Source of the DNA: Pseudomonadota bacterium
Lineage (GTDB): Bacteria > Bdellovibrionota_B > Oligoflexia > Oligoflexales > CAIMVM01
DNA: 35,400 nucleotides
Direction: 5' to 3'
Assembly: GCA_037142195.1 (NCBI GenBank)
Contig: JBAXBA010000034.1
Span: forward strand, 1-35,400
The first letter of the stretch is position 1. Each line of letters starts with the position of its first letter. The position numbers were made by a program, and so were the translations under genes. Below are positions 17,602 to 26,675 of the stretch, one piece after another. The notes under the pieces were generated by a model. It was not told the origin of the DNA, did no database searches, and worked only from the letters and a program-made list of their open reading frames with translations.

Positions 17602-18159
17602 ATGCAGGTCTCGAGCATTCTTTTGGCTGTCCAGGTGCTTTTCTGTTTTTTCCCTACCATCGCCATTGCCGAGGATTCCTTAAAGGGAGAAAGGCGAGGG
17701 GCAAACCACCTTTCCCTGGGTTTTTCACATAGCTTTGGCCTGAAGCAAGATTTTAACGATAGATTTACCCCGGCGGTGTTTTGGCAGTTTCATTCTTCTG
17801 ATGGCTGGCGATCTGGCCTTGGCTTGGACTCCAGGATTTCTGGCTCTGACCTGGAGGCAAGGCCAGTCCTAACCTTTGGTCAAAACTTTGTTTATGAGCA
17901 TCGTTTGTGGGCTAATTTCTACAGCTCGCCGGGATTTGAATTGATATGGCTATACCCGACAGTGATAAGTGATCGTATTTTTTCTAGGGATAAAGATCGA
18001 ACTTCAGAAGTGGGAGTCGGTTTGTCTTTAGGAATTATTAATCACTTTTCAGCAACCACTGCCATTGAATTTAAATTAAATCGATGGCGCGGTGTAGGCA
18101 CTCGAAACTATCAAGGTATGACTTCATTAATTGCAATTTCAAGGTATCTCGGAAAATAG
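17602..18159 (+). CDS. Exported hypothetical protein, probable small outer-membrane beta-barrel
   Basis: Signal peptide ending AIA from ATG 17602; amphipathic strands (HLSLGFS, WRSGLGL, VGVGLSLGI, TAIEFKL); aromatic near the C-terminus. Confidence 0.6.
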   Translation: MQVSSILLAVQVLFCFFPTIAIAEDSLKGERRGANHLSLGFSHSFGLKQDFNDRFTPAVFWQFHSSDGWRSGLGLDSRISGSDLEARPVLTFGQNFVYEHRLWANFYSSPGFELIWLYPTVISDRIFSRDKDRTSEVGVGLSLGIINHFSATTAIEFKLNRWRGVGTRNYQGMTSLIAISRYLGK

Positions 18160-18161
18160 AA

Positions 18162-19115
18162 TTAATTACATTTAGGTAGATAGAATTTAGTTTCCCAACC
18201 ATATCGAGTTGAGGGGTGAACCGCCTCGAATCCAAATTCTGGGAATTCTTTTGCGACTGCTGTTGATCCCACATTAAAGGCCGGCTGGGCAGAAGTAACT
18301 ACAGTTGTCGCATGAAAAAATATACGCTCATCTCGCTGGCCTAGGGTGTTCCCATATAAAGACATGCCTATTTCATTTTCAGAATTTGAAGTTGAACAAT
18401 CTTTAGTTCTCTCACAAAGACCCGTCGCTGAGTCTTTAAAGCTAACTCTTTTCAAAAAATTCTGGTCTGCATTTAAGATGGAGTCCTGAGGCAAAAATCC
18501 CGCGATCACAATGCGACCAATGCAGACTTCAAACAAAGAACTAGCGCTCAGCAAAACTTGTTCTAGAAGCTCATAGCCACGTTTTAAGACGTCAATCCTG
18601 GATGGCATCCGAACATTTAAAATTACAAAAGGCGAAGACGAATTAGTCATATAGGAAGCCACAGCAAACCCGTCATCACCTATCAACCAACGCTCCTTTA
18701 CACTGAGCGTTTTTGCCTGATCTAAAGCCACAGGAAGTGCTGCTGCCGAAGCTGCCACAATTTTTTCGGCCTGACCAGCTCCCTTTGACGTTTGTGAGGC
18801 TAGCCATTCATATTCGCCTAGGTCTCCAGAACTTAAAACGGCGATATCGGACTGTGCTGGACTTGCGCTTTTAATAGAAAGGCCTAAAAAATTTACAATA
18901 TCTGGTCGATCTCTCTTAACCTCTTCATTGATCAGTTCCAGGCGAGCATGTCGAAATGCAATGTCTAATTCCCAACCGTCACCAGTCGGGGCGAGAGTCT
19001 CTAATTTGTCATCCAAATTGAGATACTTAAGTGAAATGGCTCTTTCGTCCCAAGTTGTAATATGCGCACAACTTAAACTCAGGCTAAGAAAGATGAATAG
19101 AACTCCGTTTTTCAC
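18162..19115 (-). CDS. Lipoprotein with degenerate endonuclease/exonuclease/phosphatase (EEP) fold
   Basis: Lipobox SLSC; EEP-like segments in order: RLELI..RPDIVNFLG, LNVRM, IVIAGF, FKDS, RDERIF, PSTRYG. Confidence 0.6.
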   Translation of the reverse strand: MKNGVLFIFLSLSLSCAHITTWDERAISLKYLNLDDKLETLAPTGDGWELDIAFRHARLELINEEVKRDRPDIVNFLGLSIKSASPAQSDIAVLSSGDLGEYEWLASQTSKGAGQAEKIVAASAAALPVALDQAKTLSVKERWLIGDDGFAVASYMTNSSSPFVILNVRMPSRIDVLKRGYELLEQVLLSASSLFEVCIGRIVIAGFLPQDSILNADQNFLKRVSFKDSATGLCERTKDCSTSNSENEIGMSLYGNTLGQRDERIFFHATTVVTSAQPAFNVGSTAVAKEFPEFGFEAVHPSTRYGWETKFYLPKCN

Positions 19116-20273
19116 CTAACAGCCTATATACCGACTAATGACGAGTCTTTGAATTTCTGAAGTTCCTTCGCCTATTCTTAACAAAGCCGCATCACGATAG
19201 AATCTTTCAATGGGGTACTCTTTCATAAGCCCATAGCCGCCAAAGGTTTGCTGTCCTTCGCGCGCACAATATTCGGCTACCTCTGAACAATAGAGCTTAG
19301 CCATTGCAGCGAGTTTTTGAAACTCCATACCATTTTGTTTTAGCCAGCATGCTTTATAAAGAAGACCCTCAGCAGCTTCAATGCGCGTTGCCATTTCCGC
19401 CAATTTAAATGCCACCGCCTGATGTTTAGCAATGGGTTTACCGAATGTTTTTCTTTCATTGGCATACTTGATCGTCATATCCAGGGCTCCTTTAGCTAAC
19501 CCTAGACCCATTGCACCAATAGAGAGGCGTCCATTGTCCAAGGTCTCCATCATAATTTTGAAACCTTGCCCCCTCTCGCCAAGCATACTGCTTGCTTTAA
19601 CCCTAACATTATCAAAGTAGAGCTCTCCTGTATTCGAGGATCTCCACATCATTTTATGCTTCATGGCATTCGCGGTCAGACCTTTGGCTCCCGCTTCAAC
19701 TATAAAGCAACTTAATTCTGGTCGCCCATCTTGCTTTCTCCCCGTAACCGCTTGAACAGTTATCCCTTGAGTCAAGGTGCAGGCTGAATTGGTAATCCAA
19801 ATCTTAGAACCATTGATCAACCACTCTCCAGAAGCGGAGTCAAATACTGCCGTCGTCTTGGAAGCTTGTGCGTCTGATCCCGCTTCTGCTTCGGTGAGCC
19901 CAAAAGCCCACAAACCTTGACCCGTGCACAAGTTAGGGAGGTACTTTCTTTTTTGTTCTTCATTCCCAAAGTAATAGAGTGGCGCTGCACCTAGGCTATT
20001 ATGTGCTGCAATGGTCGCAGCCTGAGAGGCGTCAAATCTTGCAAGTTCTTCGACAGCTACAATATACGAAAGATAGTCCATCCCTTGGCCACCATAGGCA
20101 GGACCGACAACCGTGCCCATAAGCCCTAGGGCACCCATCTTTTGAGTAAGACCAATGGAAAATTCTTCTTTTTCATCTAAAACGCCCGCAATCGGAACGA
20201 TTTCTGCTTCTGCAAATTGGCGGATGCTCTGGCGGAGCATGGTTAGTTCGTCACTCTCTTGGTAGGAATACAT
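19116..20273 (-). CDS. Acyl-CoA dehydrogenase
   Basis: AFGLTEAEAGSDA, INGSKIWITN, LDNGRLSIG, ERKTFGKPI, FGGYG, RIGEGTSEIQR. Confidence 0.93.
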   Translation of the reverse strand: MYSYQESDELTMLRQSIRQFAEAEIVPIAGVLDEKEEFSIGLTQKMGALGLMGTVVGPAYGGQGMDYLSYIVAVEELARFDASQAATIAAHNSLGAAPLYYFGNEEQKRKYLPNLCTGQGLWAFGLTEAEAGSDAQASKTTAVFDSASGEWLINGSKIWITNSACTLTQGITVQAVTGRKQDGRPELSCFIVEAGAKGLTANAMKHKMMWRSSNTGELYFDNVRVKASSMLGERGQGFKIMMETLDNGRLSIGAMGLGLAKGALDMTIKYANERKTFGKPIAKHQAVAFKLAEMATRIEAAEGLLYKACWLKQNGMEFQKLAAMAKLYCSEVAEYCAREGQQTFGGYGLMKEYPIERFYRDAALLRIGEGTSEIQRLVISRYIGC

Positions 20274-20283
20274 GTCAGGGCTC

Positions 20284-21498
20284 CTAAATTTCTAAATCTG
20301 TGTCTAATTCTACATCTAAATCAATGTCTCGCATCCGGCCTTCTCTGCCCGTTGCTCCCAGCAAAATACCAAGAAAGGACTTATAACGCCATTCTGTAAT
20401 TTCGCCTCTTTCCAAGGCATCTTTTACGGCGCACTGAGGCTCCTGCAGGTGCCTACATTCTCGGTACTTGCATTTGCCAATTAAGGGCCGCAATTCACGA
20501 AAACAATATTGCAGTTCTGGCGGAGAGCGTTTATCAATACAAAAGCTTCTAATTCCGGGGGTATCCACAACATACCCGCCACGTCCAAAACGAATGAGAC
20601 TAGCGTAACTTGTGGTGTGCCGCCCTTTATAAAGAATATCCTGATCTTCGACATCTTGTTCAATTTCTGGTTCCAAAAGATTTGCAATGGAACTCTTACC
20701 CACGCCAGAGTGTCCCGATACTAAAGAAATCTTTCCTTTGAACAGTTTTTGGATTTCTTTAGCTTGTGCGGGCGCCTCGTCCTTAGATAAATTCGATTGA
20801 ATAAGGAACACGCGGTAGCCAATTTTTCTATAAATTTCCATATAGGCTTCAATCTCTTTACGATATTCAGCCATGGCTTCGCCTGCTAGTAGATCTTTCT
20901 TTGTCATTACAATGACAGCATCCATGCCTTCTGACTCTGCTAAAGTGAGATAGCGATCAATTAGCCCCCACTTTACCTTTGGATCTAGAACTGAGGCGAC
21001 AATCACAAGCTGATCCAAATTACTTGCCAATACATGTGTTATTTCTGCATTGAGTGGATCACGGCGTGCAATTTTATTGGTTCGCTCGACCAAATACTCG
21101 ACAACCCCCTGGGGCAAATCGTCACTTGGATTTGAAACCTCGGGGACATCAGATCTACATACAACGATGTCACCAACCGCTATGAAGTTACGCTCGGTGC
21201 GAAGGGCCTGAAGATATCTTTTTGCAATAGTTCCGAGCCAAACATCGCGGGTGTCTATTTTCCCCTTTAAATTGTCGGGTGAAAGGAAACAGAATTTTTT
21301 ATGAACTTCCACGATTCGGGCAGTAAAATAACCTTCGTTTTTTTTAACAAAAGACTGAGCGTCTTTTACACTCAAAATAAAGGAGTCCTCTAACTGAGCA
21401 TTCTTGGATGACTTTCCACCCTTAGCGCGCCTTATCTTTTCTACTTTGTCAATTCGGTCCAATTCTTGGTCGTCTTCCCACCAGCGGCCTTTTTTCAT
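20284..21498 (-). CDS. rsgA: Ribosome small subunit-dependent GTPase A
   Basis: Circularly permuted GTPase motifs TKKD, GHSGVGKSS, GRHTT, DTPG and zinc finger CKYRECRHLQEPQC. Confidence 0.93.
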   Translation of the reverse strand: MKKGRWWEDDQELDRIDKVEKIRRAKGGKSSKNAQLEDSFILSVKDAQSFVKKNEGYFTARIVEVHKKFCFLSPDNLKGKIDTRDVWLGTIAKRYLQALRTERNFIAVGDIVVCRSDVPEVSNPSDDLPQGVVEYLVERTNKIARRDPLNAEITHVLASNLDQLVIVASVLDPKVKWGLIDRYLTLAESEGMDAVIVMTKKDLLAGEAMAEYRKEIEAYMEIYRKIGYRVFLIQSNLSKDEAPAQAKEIQKLFKGKISLVSGHSGVGKSSIANLLEPEIEQDVEDQDILYKGRHTTSYASLIRFGRGGYVVDTPGIRSFCIDKRSPPELQYCFRELRPLIGKCKYRECRHLQEPQCAVKDALERGEITEWRYKSFLGILLGATGREGRMRDIDLDVELDTDLEI

Positions 21499-23939
21499 GT
21501 CCAGTCCTTTTTAGCGCCTAAGATGGACCGCTTGAGCTGGATAGGAATAAAAGATGCCAGGTTTTGTCTTAGGGGTTCCAGCTCTGGTCCTACTTTAAAG
21601 GAGCCATCTTCTTGCAAAACAAGCACTCCTTGATCTCTCAGCTCACCATAAACGCCTGGTAGATATTCTTTAAGGGTAAGGTTGACCAAGTTATCCCCTT
21701 GAATAATGGCGGTTCGCTCCATGAGTGTCTTTAAAACACTTTCCAGGTGATCCCGGCCTACAGGCGTTCCACGTGCATTTAGATCTGCTAATAACTCCAC
21801 CCCTATTCCATAGAGTTGAAGTTGACTAGAAATCATATGGGCTAGAATCGTTAAATCTGAATATCCTTGCTCTGAATAGTGTGGCTTTCTGATTTCATGG
21901 TCATTGATACGATCTAAGAGTCCATTCTCAACCAGGCCATCGATATAGAGACCAGTAATTTCTTCTATCTCAGACAGATTCCACTTTAGAAAAAGCTCGC
22001 GCTTTAACCAAGGATAAACCGCTTTTACCGCTTGCTTGATTTCAGAGGAACTTAAAACGTCACAGTTTTGGAACATTTGGGCTATAGCGCCGGGAATCGC
22101 CACAAGATGTAGTATACAGTTTCTATAGTAGGAAAATTTTACGGATCCCTTTTGTTCGATATAAATGATATCGCCAGCAATATTCTTAAAGTTTTTAAGC
22201 CCAAGAAGTTTTGTCGCTTCGTCTAATGCAAGTGGAAAATCTAAATGGTCAAACGTAGTGCTCGGATCATAGGAAAACTTCTCTAGAAGTTTCCAAAATC
22301 TTTCATAGACAATCCCAAGCTCATCCCTTGGTATCGCTTTATTTTGCGAGGCTAAAATAATCGCTGCGAGAAGGGAAGTGGGGCTTAGTACACTCGCTTG
22401 ATTGACTCTAACCATCATTTCTTGTGCGATTTCTGTCACTGCCCTAGAAAGGCCGCCGCTTTTAACTTCATCAATGTCGCGCCATTCTGGCACCTTTTCG
22501 TTCAGGTAGTCGCCAAGCACTAAGGGTGTACCCACGGAAACATATACTTTACCAAAGGATTCTCTTAATATTTTAAGATTTTCCAGAATCGTGAAAACCG
22601 ATTCGCTCTGCTTGTCTCCGCCGCTCAATTCTTTTTCGTAAGTTTTTCCCTCAACGATCTTGTCGTAGTTAATAGAGATAGGAACAATGACAACCGGCCG
22701 GTCTTTATTACGAAGCTGACTTTCAAAAACCATCGAATACATTCCCGTTTTAGGTGATAAAAGTCTTCCTGTTCGAGACCTGCCACCTTCTGGAAAGAAA
22801 TTTATGGGATAGCCTTTAGTCAGCAAATAATGGACATATTCCGAAAAAACCGCAGCATAGAGCCGATCACCTTTAAAGGATCGACGCATAAAAAAAGCAC
22901 CACCCCGACGTAGGGCAAAACCGACTGGAAAAAAGTTTAAATTGATTCCTGCCGCCGTATGGGGTGACATATAACCCAAATTAAAAAGAACATAACAAAT
23001 TAATAAATAATCCATATGAGAGCGGTGGTTGGGGACATATACGATAGAGTGATCACTGCCCAAATCAGCTAGATTCTTTTCGCCCTTAATCTCTACCTTT
23101 TTGTAAAGCTTGCTCCAAAGCAAATGGAGCAATTTTTCATAAACAAGAATAGCAGGATGGGTCATGTGGGACGCAATTTCTCCCGCGCACTTTAGAGCTT
23201 GTTTCTCATATTTTTCCCTATTGAGTCCCTTTTTGGAAAGTAAATCATCGATCGCCGCCTGTACTTTGGGGCCCTTAACGACAGCGTTCAGTACCTGCTT
23301 TCGATCATACATAAGCGGGCCAAGAGAGACTATGGCTTGCTGATGGAAAAACACCCTAAGATTACGGTTAAGCTTTCGAGTGGTCTGTTCGACTCCTTGT
23401 CCTTCCCCAAGAAGAGACTTTAGCTGCATGGGGCGTCCGAAGTTACAAAACACACTGCGCCCATGAATTAAAATGGCAAAAAATTTCTGCCAAACTCCAC
23501 CATGTTGCGTGTCCAAAAAAAGCAGTTTTATCCAGGAAGTTTGCTCACTCCCTGGATCCCTTCCCCAAAAAATAGAGACGGGAATCACATTAACATCCAC
23601 TTGGTGCCTAGACGCCAGCTCCACAACAGTTTCCATGGCTGAACGGATGGTTTTACCTCTTTTTGTAGATAAAATCCCGACCTTGCTCAAATAGACAAAT
23701 GTGGATCGCTCACCGCCAAACAATGCGTTTAAATCTGCATGTGGGCGAGGCAGGTGCATTTTTTTACAATGATAGTCTAACACGAGCCAATCTGAAAATG
23801 ACCTGGTTCTCAACACATAGAGGGTGCTTTTGCTACGATCGGCTTCAAAATCTTCTGGGATTGCACGACTTCGAACTAAAAGATAGAGAAGAGGTCTAAA
23901 AAACCATGAAAGCCGTAAGAGTATATTTAACGTCCACAT
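21495..23939 (-). CDS. plsB: Glycerol-3-phosphate O-acyltransferase
   Basis: HxxxxD (HRSHMD), AAGINL, GGAFFMRR, FFPEGGRSRTG, PVSIFWGR. ATG 23939 follows the panC stop. Confidence 0.92.
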   Translation of the reverse strand: MWTLNILLRLSWFFRPLLYLLVRSRAIPEDFEADRSKSTLYVLRTRSFSDWLVLDYHCKKMHLPRPHADLNALFGGERSTFVYLSKVGILSTKRGKTIRSAMETVVELASRHQVDVNVIPVSIFWGRDPGSEQTSWIKLLFLDTQHGGVWQKFFAILIHGRSVFCNFGRPMQLKSLLGEGQGVEQTTRKLNRNLRVFFHQQAIVSLGPLMYDRKQVLNAVVKGPKVQAAIDDLLSKKGLNREKYEKQALKCAGEIASHMTHPAILVYEKLLHLLWSKLYKKVEIKGEKNLADLGSDHSIVYVPNHRSHMDYLLICYVLFNLGYMSPHTAAGINLNFFPVGFALRRGGAFFMRRSFKGDRLYAAVFSEYVHYLLTKGYPINFFPEGGRSRTGRLLSPKTGMYSMVFESQLRNKDRPVVIVPISINYDKIVEGKTYEKELSGGDKQSESVFTILENLKILRESFGKVYVSVGTPLVLGDYLNEKVPEWRDIDEVKSGGLSRAVTEIAQEMMVRVNQASVLSPTSLLAAIILASQNKAIPRDELGIVYERFWKLLEKFSYDPSTTFDHLDFPLALDEATKLLGLKNFKNIAGDIIYIEQKGSVKFSYYRNCILHLVAIPGAIAQMFQNCDVLSSSEIKQAVKAVYPWLKRELFLKWNLSEIEEITGLYIDGLVENGLLDRINDHEIRKPHYSEQGYSDLTILAHMISSQLQLYGIGVELLADLNARGTPVGRDHLESVLKTLMERTAIIQGDNLVNLTLKEYLPGVYGELRDQGVLVLQEDGSFKVGPELEPLRQNLASFIPIQLKRSILGAKKDWT

Positions 23940-23943
23940 CGCG

Positions 23944-24807
23944 TCACTGCCCCAATTCAAGATTGTCTATCAAGCGAACGCCACCCACTCTTACTGCAGC
24001 TAAAAAAACAGAAGCTTCTGTAATTTCATCCCCATCTCGTCTTAAGTTGGATTGATTGGCCACTTTGCCATATTCAAGCTGAATTTCTGGATATCTTGCG
24101 ATTTCAGAAGCAAAAGCATTTTCTATTTCGCTTCGACTGCGCACACCAGACTGAAACATATCAAACGCAACATTTAAAGCAACGGGCAAGGCCAAACTTA
24201 CGTGTCTTGAGGACTCATCTAAAAACCTGTTTCGACTCGAAAGTGCCAATCCATCTTCCTCTCTAATGGTTTCCATCGGATGAATCGTAATGGGCATGTT
24301 GAGATCATGAACCATTTGCTCAATTATTTTTACTTGCTGATAGTCTTTTTTTCCAAAAATCGCATGATCACAATCGACTAAATGAAAAAGCTTTAAAACG
24401 ATCGTGGCAACTCCTCTAAAATGCTGTGGTCTAAAGGGGCCGCAGAAATCTAAGGACATCATCGAATTATCTACCCAAGTCTGAAAATCCGGAGGATAAA
24501 TTTCAGACGCGTTGGGGGTAAAGACAGCGTCAATTTTAAGATGCTTTATCTTTTCAAGGTCATCTCGTAACGTTCTTGGATACTTTGAAAAGTCTTCATT
24601 GGGGCCAAACTGGCTTGGATTTACAAAAATACTTACAACAATTTTACTAGCTAGGGACTCTGCATATTGCATCAAAGCTAAATGCCCTTCATGGAGCGCT
24701 CCCATGGTGGGGATAAAGGCTATGGTATCGCCGGCCTTTTTCCAATCTCTGGATACGGCCAACATCTCATTTAGACTAATTATGGTGCGGGGCAGTGACA
24801 ACGTCAT
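23944..24807 (-). CDS. panC: Pantoate--beta-alanine ligase
   Basis: PTMGALHEGH, SIFVNPSQF, RPQHFRGV, FGKKDYQQ, REEDGLALSSRN, RLIDN. Start ATG 24807 or TTG 24801; the 24858 call runs into the terminator. Confidence 0.95.
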   Translation of the reverse strand: MTLSLPRTIISLNEMLAVSRDWKKAGDTIAFIPTMGALHEGHLALMQYAESLASKIVVSIFVNPSQFGPNEDFSKYPRTLRDDLEKIKHLKIDAVFTPNASEIYPPDFQTWVDNSMMSLDFCGPFRPQHFRGVATIVLKLFHLVDCDHAIFGKKDYQQVKIIEQMVHDLNMPITIHPMETIREEDGLALSSRNRFLDESSRHVSLALPVALNVAFDMFQSGVRSRSEIENAFASEIARYPEIQLEYGKVANQSNLRRDGDEITEASVFLAAVRVGGVRLIDNLELGQ

Positions 24808-24838
24808 CTCCACTCTAGGTAAGTGTATATATCTACAG

Positions 24839-24868
24839 AAAAAAACACGAGAGGACAATGCCTCTCGT
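24839..24868 (-). terminator. Intrinsic terminator about 30 nt upstream of panC
   Basis: Minus strand ACGAGAGG-cattgt-CCTCTCGT-g-TTTTTTT: perfect 8-bp stem plus 7 T. Confidence 0.8.
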
Positions 24869-24892
24869 CAATTATGTTTCCCATCACTTTGC

Positions 24893-24928
24893 TTATTTAA
24901 GAAAAAACGGCCAGGGTTTGCAATCCAT
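24893..24928 (-). CDS. Candidate leader peptide/small ORF MDCKPWPFFLK
   Basis: Perfect AGGAGG SD (24937-24942) 8 nt upstream of ATG; TAA about 25 nt before the terminator stem. Confidence 0.5.
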   Translation of the reverse strand: MDCKPWPFFLK

Positions 24929-25135
24929 AAAATGATCCTCCTGATCATTTGGAGCCCTAATAGCTCCTCACACTATCCTTCGTCATGCGTCTAGTCGAAC
25001 TAGACCCCAAGCCGTAGAAGCAAATTGCTTCTAAATAATGCTTCGGATGCCCCCTAAAAAATCCTGAGTCTGATACAAAAAAAGTGGCTAAAAAAGGGCT
25101 CATTTAGGTCCCGTTTTTTCATCTAGTCATCGAGA

Positions 25136-26557
25136 CTAATTGGATATTTTATTATCTTTTAGCCGTTTCGTAAAACTGAGTCTTCTAAGTTTGCCCTTGC
25201 TTCCCAAGGAACCCAAATCCCTGCCATTAAAAGTCACGTCAACTGCTGCCGCATCATAGATAAAAAACTCTGCGTTGGTTTCAAATGAATAGGAATGGGT
25301 CGCAGGACTTAATTTATCGACTTCAAGTGCCTGGCCATCAATAAAGGCTCGGATCTTAACATCTTCTTTAGCTGTAATTTCAATTATTTGTTTGCCATCT
25401 GGGATAGCTAGTGTCCCTTTCACCACAGAACTGACAGGAACTATAGGGACTGCACTGGAGGGCAAAGCCTCCGCAGTTCTCTCTGGCACTGCCGCAGGTT
25501 CTGGCAATGTAGATGCCTCTAAAACCTGCGGATCGCTTTGGCCGTCAACCTCTTCAGCCTTCGGTGATACCATAGGCTCTTCGATCACAGTCCCATTTGG
25601 TGCCCGCTCTCTAGGCCAAAGAGCAGCTGCCAATACCACAGCAACTCCCCCCATGATCACCCACAGCTTTGAAAATGCAAATTTAGGTGCTGGGGCTGAG
25701 AGTTCCTTATTTGTTTGCTCTTTAAAGGTCGGCTCTTTGATCACCTTCTCTATTTTAAGGTTTTCTTTCCTAGGCGTCTCAAAATTCGACTTCTGATCTA
25801 GCTCCTTAGACTTAGGAGCTAAAGCGGCTTCACTTCCTTGGCTTCTTGTCTCGGCGGGTTTACTATCAGCCGCCGCCCTAAAGCCAGGTATTTGGTCATA
25901 GGCATCCGCAACTTGAAATCCTCCAGCGCGGGAAGCTGTAGACATAGGGTTTTGAGAATGGGGTAGATCCTGCAGCTCGGTTCTGGCGCTAGCTCTCTCT
26001 GGATTAGGCTCCTTTATGCTCTGTTCTAAAGCTGGTCTCGCAGACACATGAGCTGCCTCCATAAAGTGAGGCTTCATCACTTCTTGATCCCCAAAGGTCC
26101 ATTCGGAGGACTTATTTTCCATCCCTTCATTTTTATCTATATTTTTTTGTGCCGTTTTTGAAAGTTCCTGCTTTTCAGCGGATTTTCGGCCGGACAATGG
26201 TTTTTTTACTTCGACTTCATCATGCCCCTTGCGACTTAAATCAGATCCATGGTTTCTTAAAGTTCTTGAATAGGCGTTAACGAAAACGTCCTGGGGCATC
26301 TTCAATTGACGTGAAATGCTCTTTAAAAATCCCCTGACAAACACCTCACTGGGCAGACCCTCAAGGTTTCCTTCATAGAGTCCCATGACAAACTCAGGAT
26401 TGATACGGGTGAGATGGGCAATCTCAGCCGGAGTCGACTGAGCCAGCTCACAGGTCGCCCTAAAGAGTCTTGAAAACTCTGCTTTTCGCGCCTCAAGGGG
26501 CAAATTTTCAATAGTATTTAAGCTTTCAACGATTTGCTCTTTGGCCATAGTTTTCAT
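25136..26557 (-). CDS. rodZ: RodZ-like protein (HTH + TM + DUF4115-like periplasmic domain)
   Basis: EIAHLTRIN...LYEGNLEGLPSEVFVRGFLKS HTH; one TM (LWVIMGGVAVVLAAALW); C-terminal AVDVTFNGRDLGSLG; long cytoplasmic linker. Start between 26569 and 26548. Confidence 0.8.
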   Translation of the reverse strand: MKTMAKEQIVESLNTIENLPLEARKAEFSRLFRATCELAQSTPAEIAHLTRINPEFVMGLYEGNLEGLPSEVFVRGFLKSISRQLKMPQDVFVNAYSRTLRNHGSDLSRKGHDEVEVKKPLSGRKSAEKQELSKTAQKNIDKNEGMENKSSEWTFGDQEVMKPHFMEAAHVSARPALEQSIKEPNPERASARTELQDLPHSQNPMSTASRAGGFQVADAYDQIPGFRAAADSKPAETRSQGSEAALAPKSKELDQKSNFETPRKENLKIEKVIKEPTFKEQTNKELSAPAPKFAFSKLWVIMGGVAVVLAAALWPRERAPNGTVIEEPMVSPKAEEVDGQSDPQVLEASTLPEPAAVPERTAEALPSSAVPIVPVSSVVKGTLAIPDGKQIIEITAKEDVKIRAFIDGQALEVDKLSPATHSYSFETNAEFFIYDAAAVDVTFNGRDLGSLGSKGKLRRLSFTKRLKDNKISN

Positions 26558-26675
26558 TACTGCTCCCAACTCACCTTTTTTACTATAATCTTGTATAATA
26601 CTTAATTAAAGCCAGTATACCTGCTTCATGGAGTGTCTGATGCATTTCAGCTCGATTTCTAAAATAGGAACTTTC

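Larger units (their letters stand above)
24839..25040 (-). ncRNA. Candidate structured RNA (leader or sRNA) between rodZ and panC
   Basis: Five perfect stems in ~190 nt: 25015-25033, 24989-25005, 24951-24967, 24930-24950, 24847-24868 (terminator). Confidence 0.45.

Noticed and set aside
19113..19118. Acyl-CoA dehydrogenase and EEP-like ORF in frame across one TAG (possible readthrough)
   Set aside because: The dehydrogenase is complete and the next ORF begins with its own lipoprotein signal; simple translational coupling explains it.
24875..24922. GCAAACC...GCAAAG resembling a c-di-GMP-I riboswitch
   Set aside because: No GNRA-capped P2 stem or GGGAC junction between the two motifs.
24989..25008. 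GGGG..GTTCGAC (minus strand) resembling a tRNA T-arm or tmRNA start
   Set aside because: Loop too short for a T-loop; no cloverleaf, CCA end or room for tmRNA.
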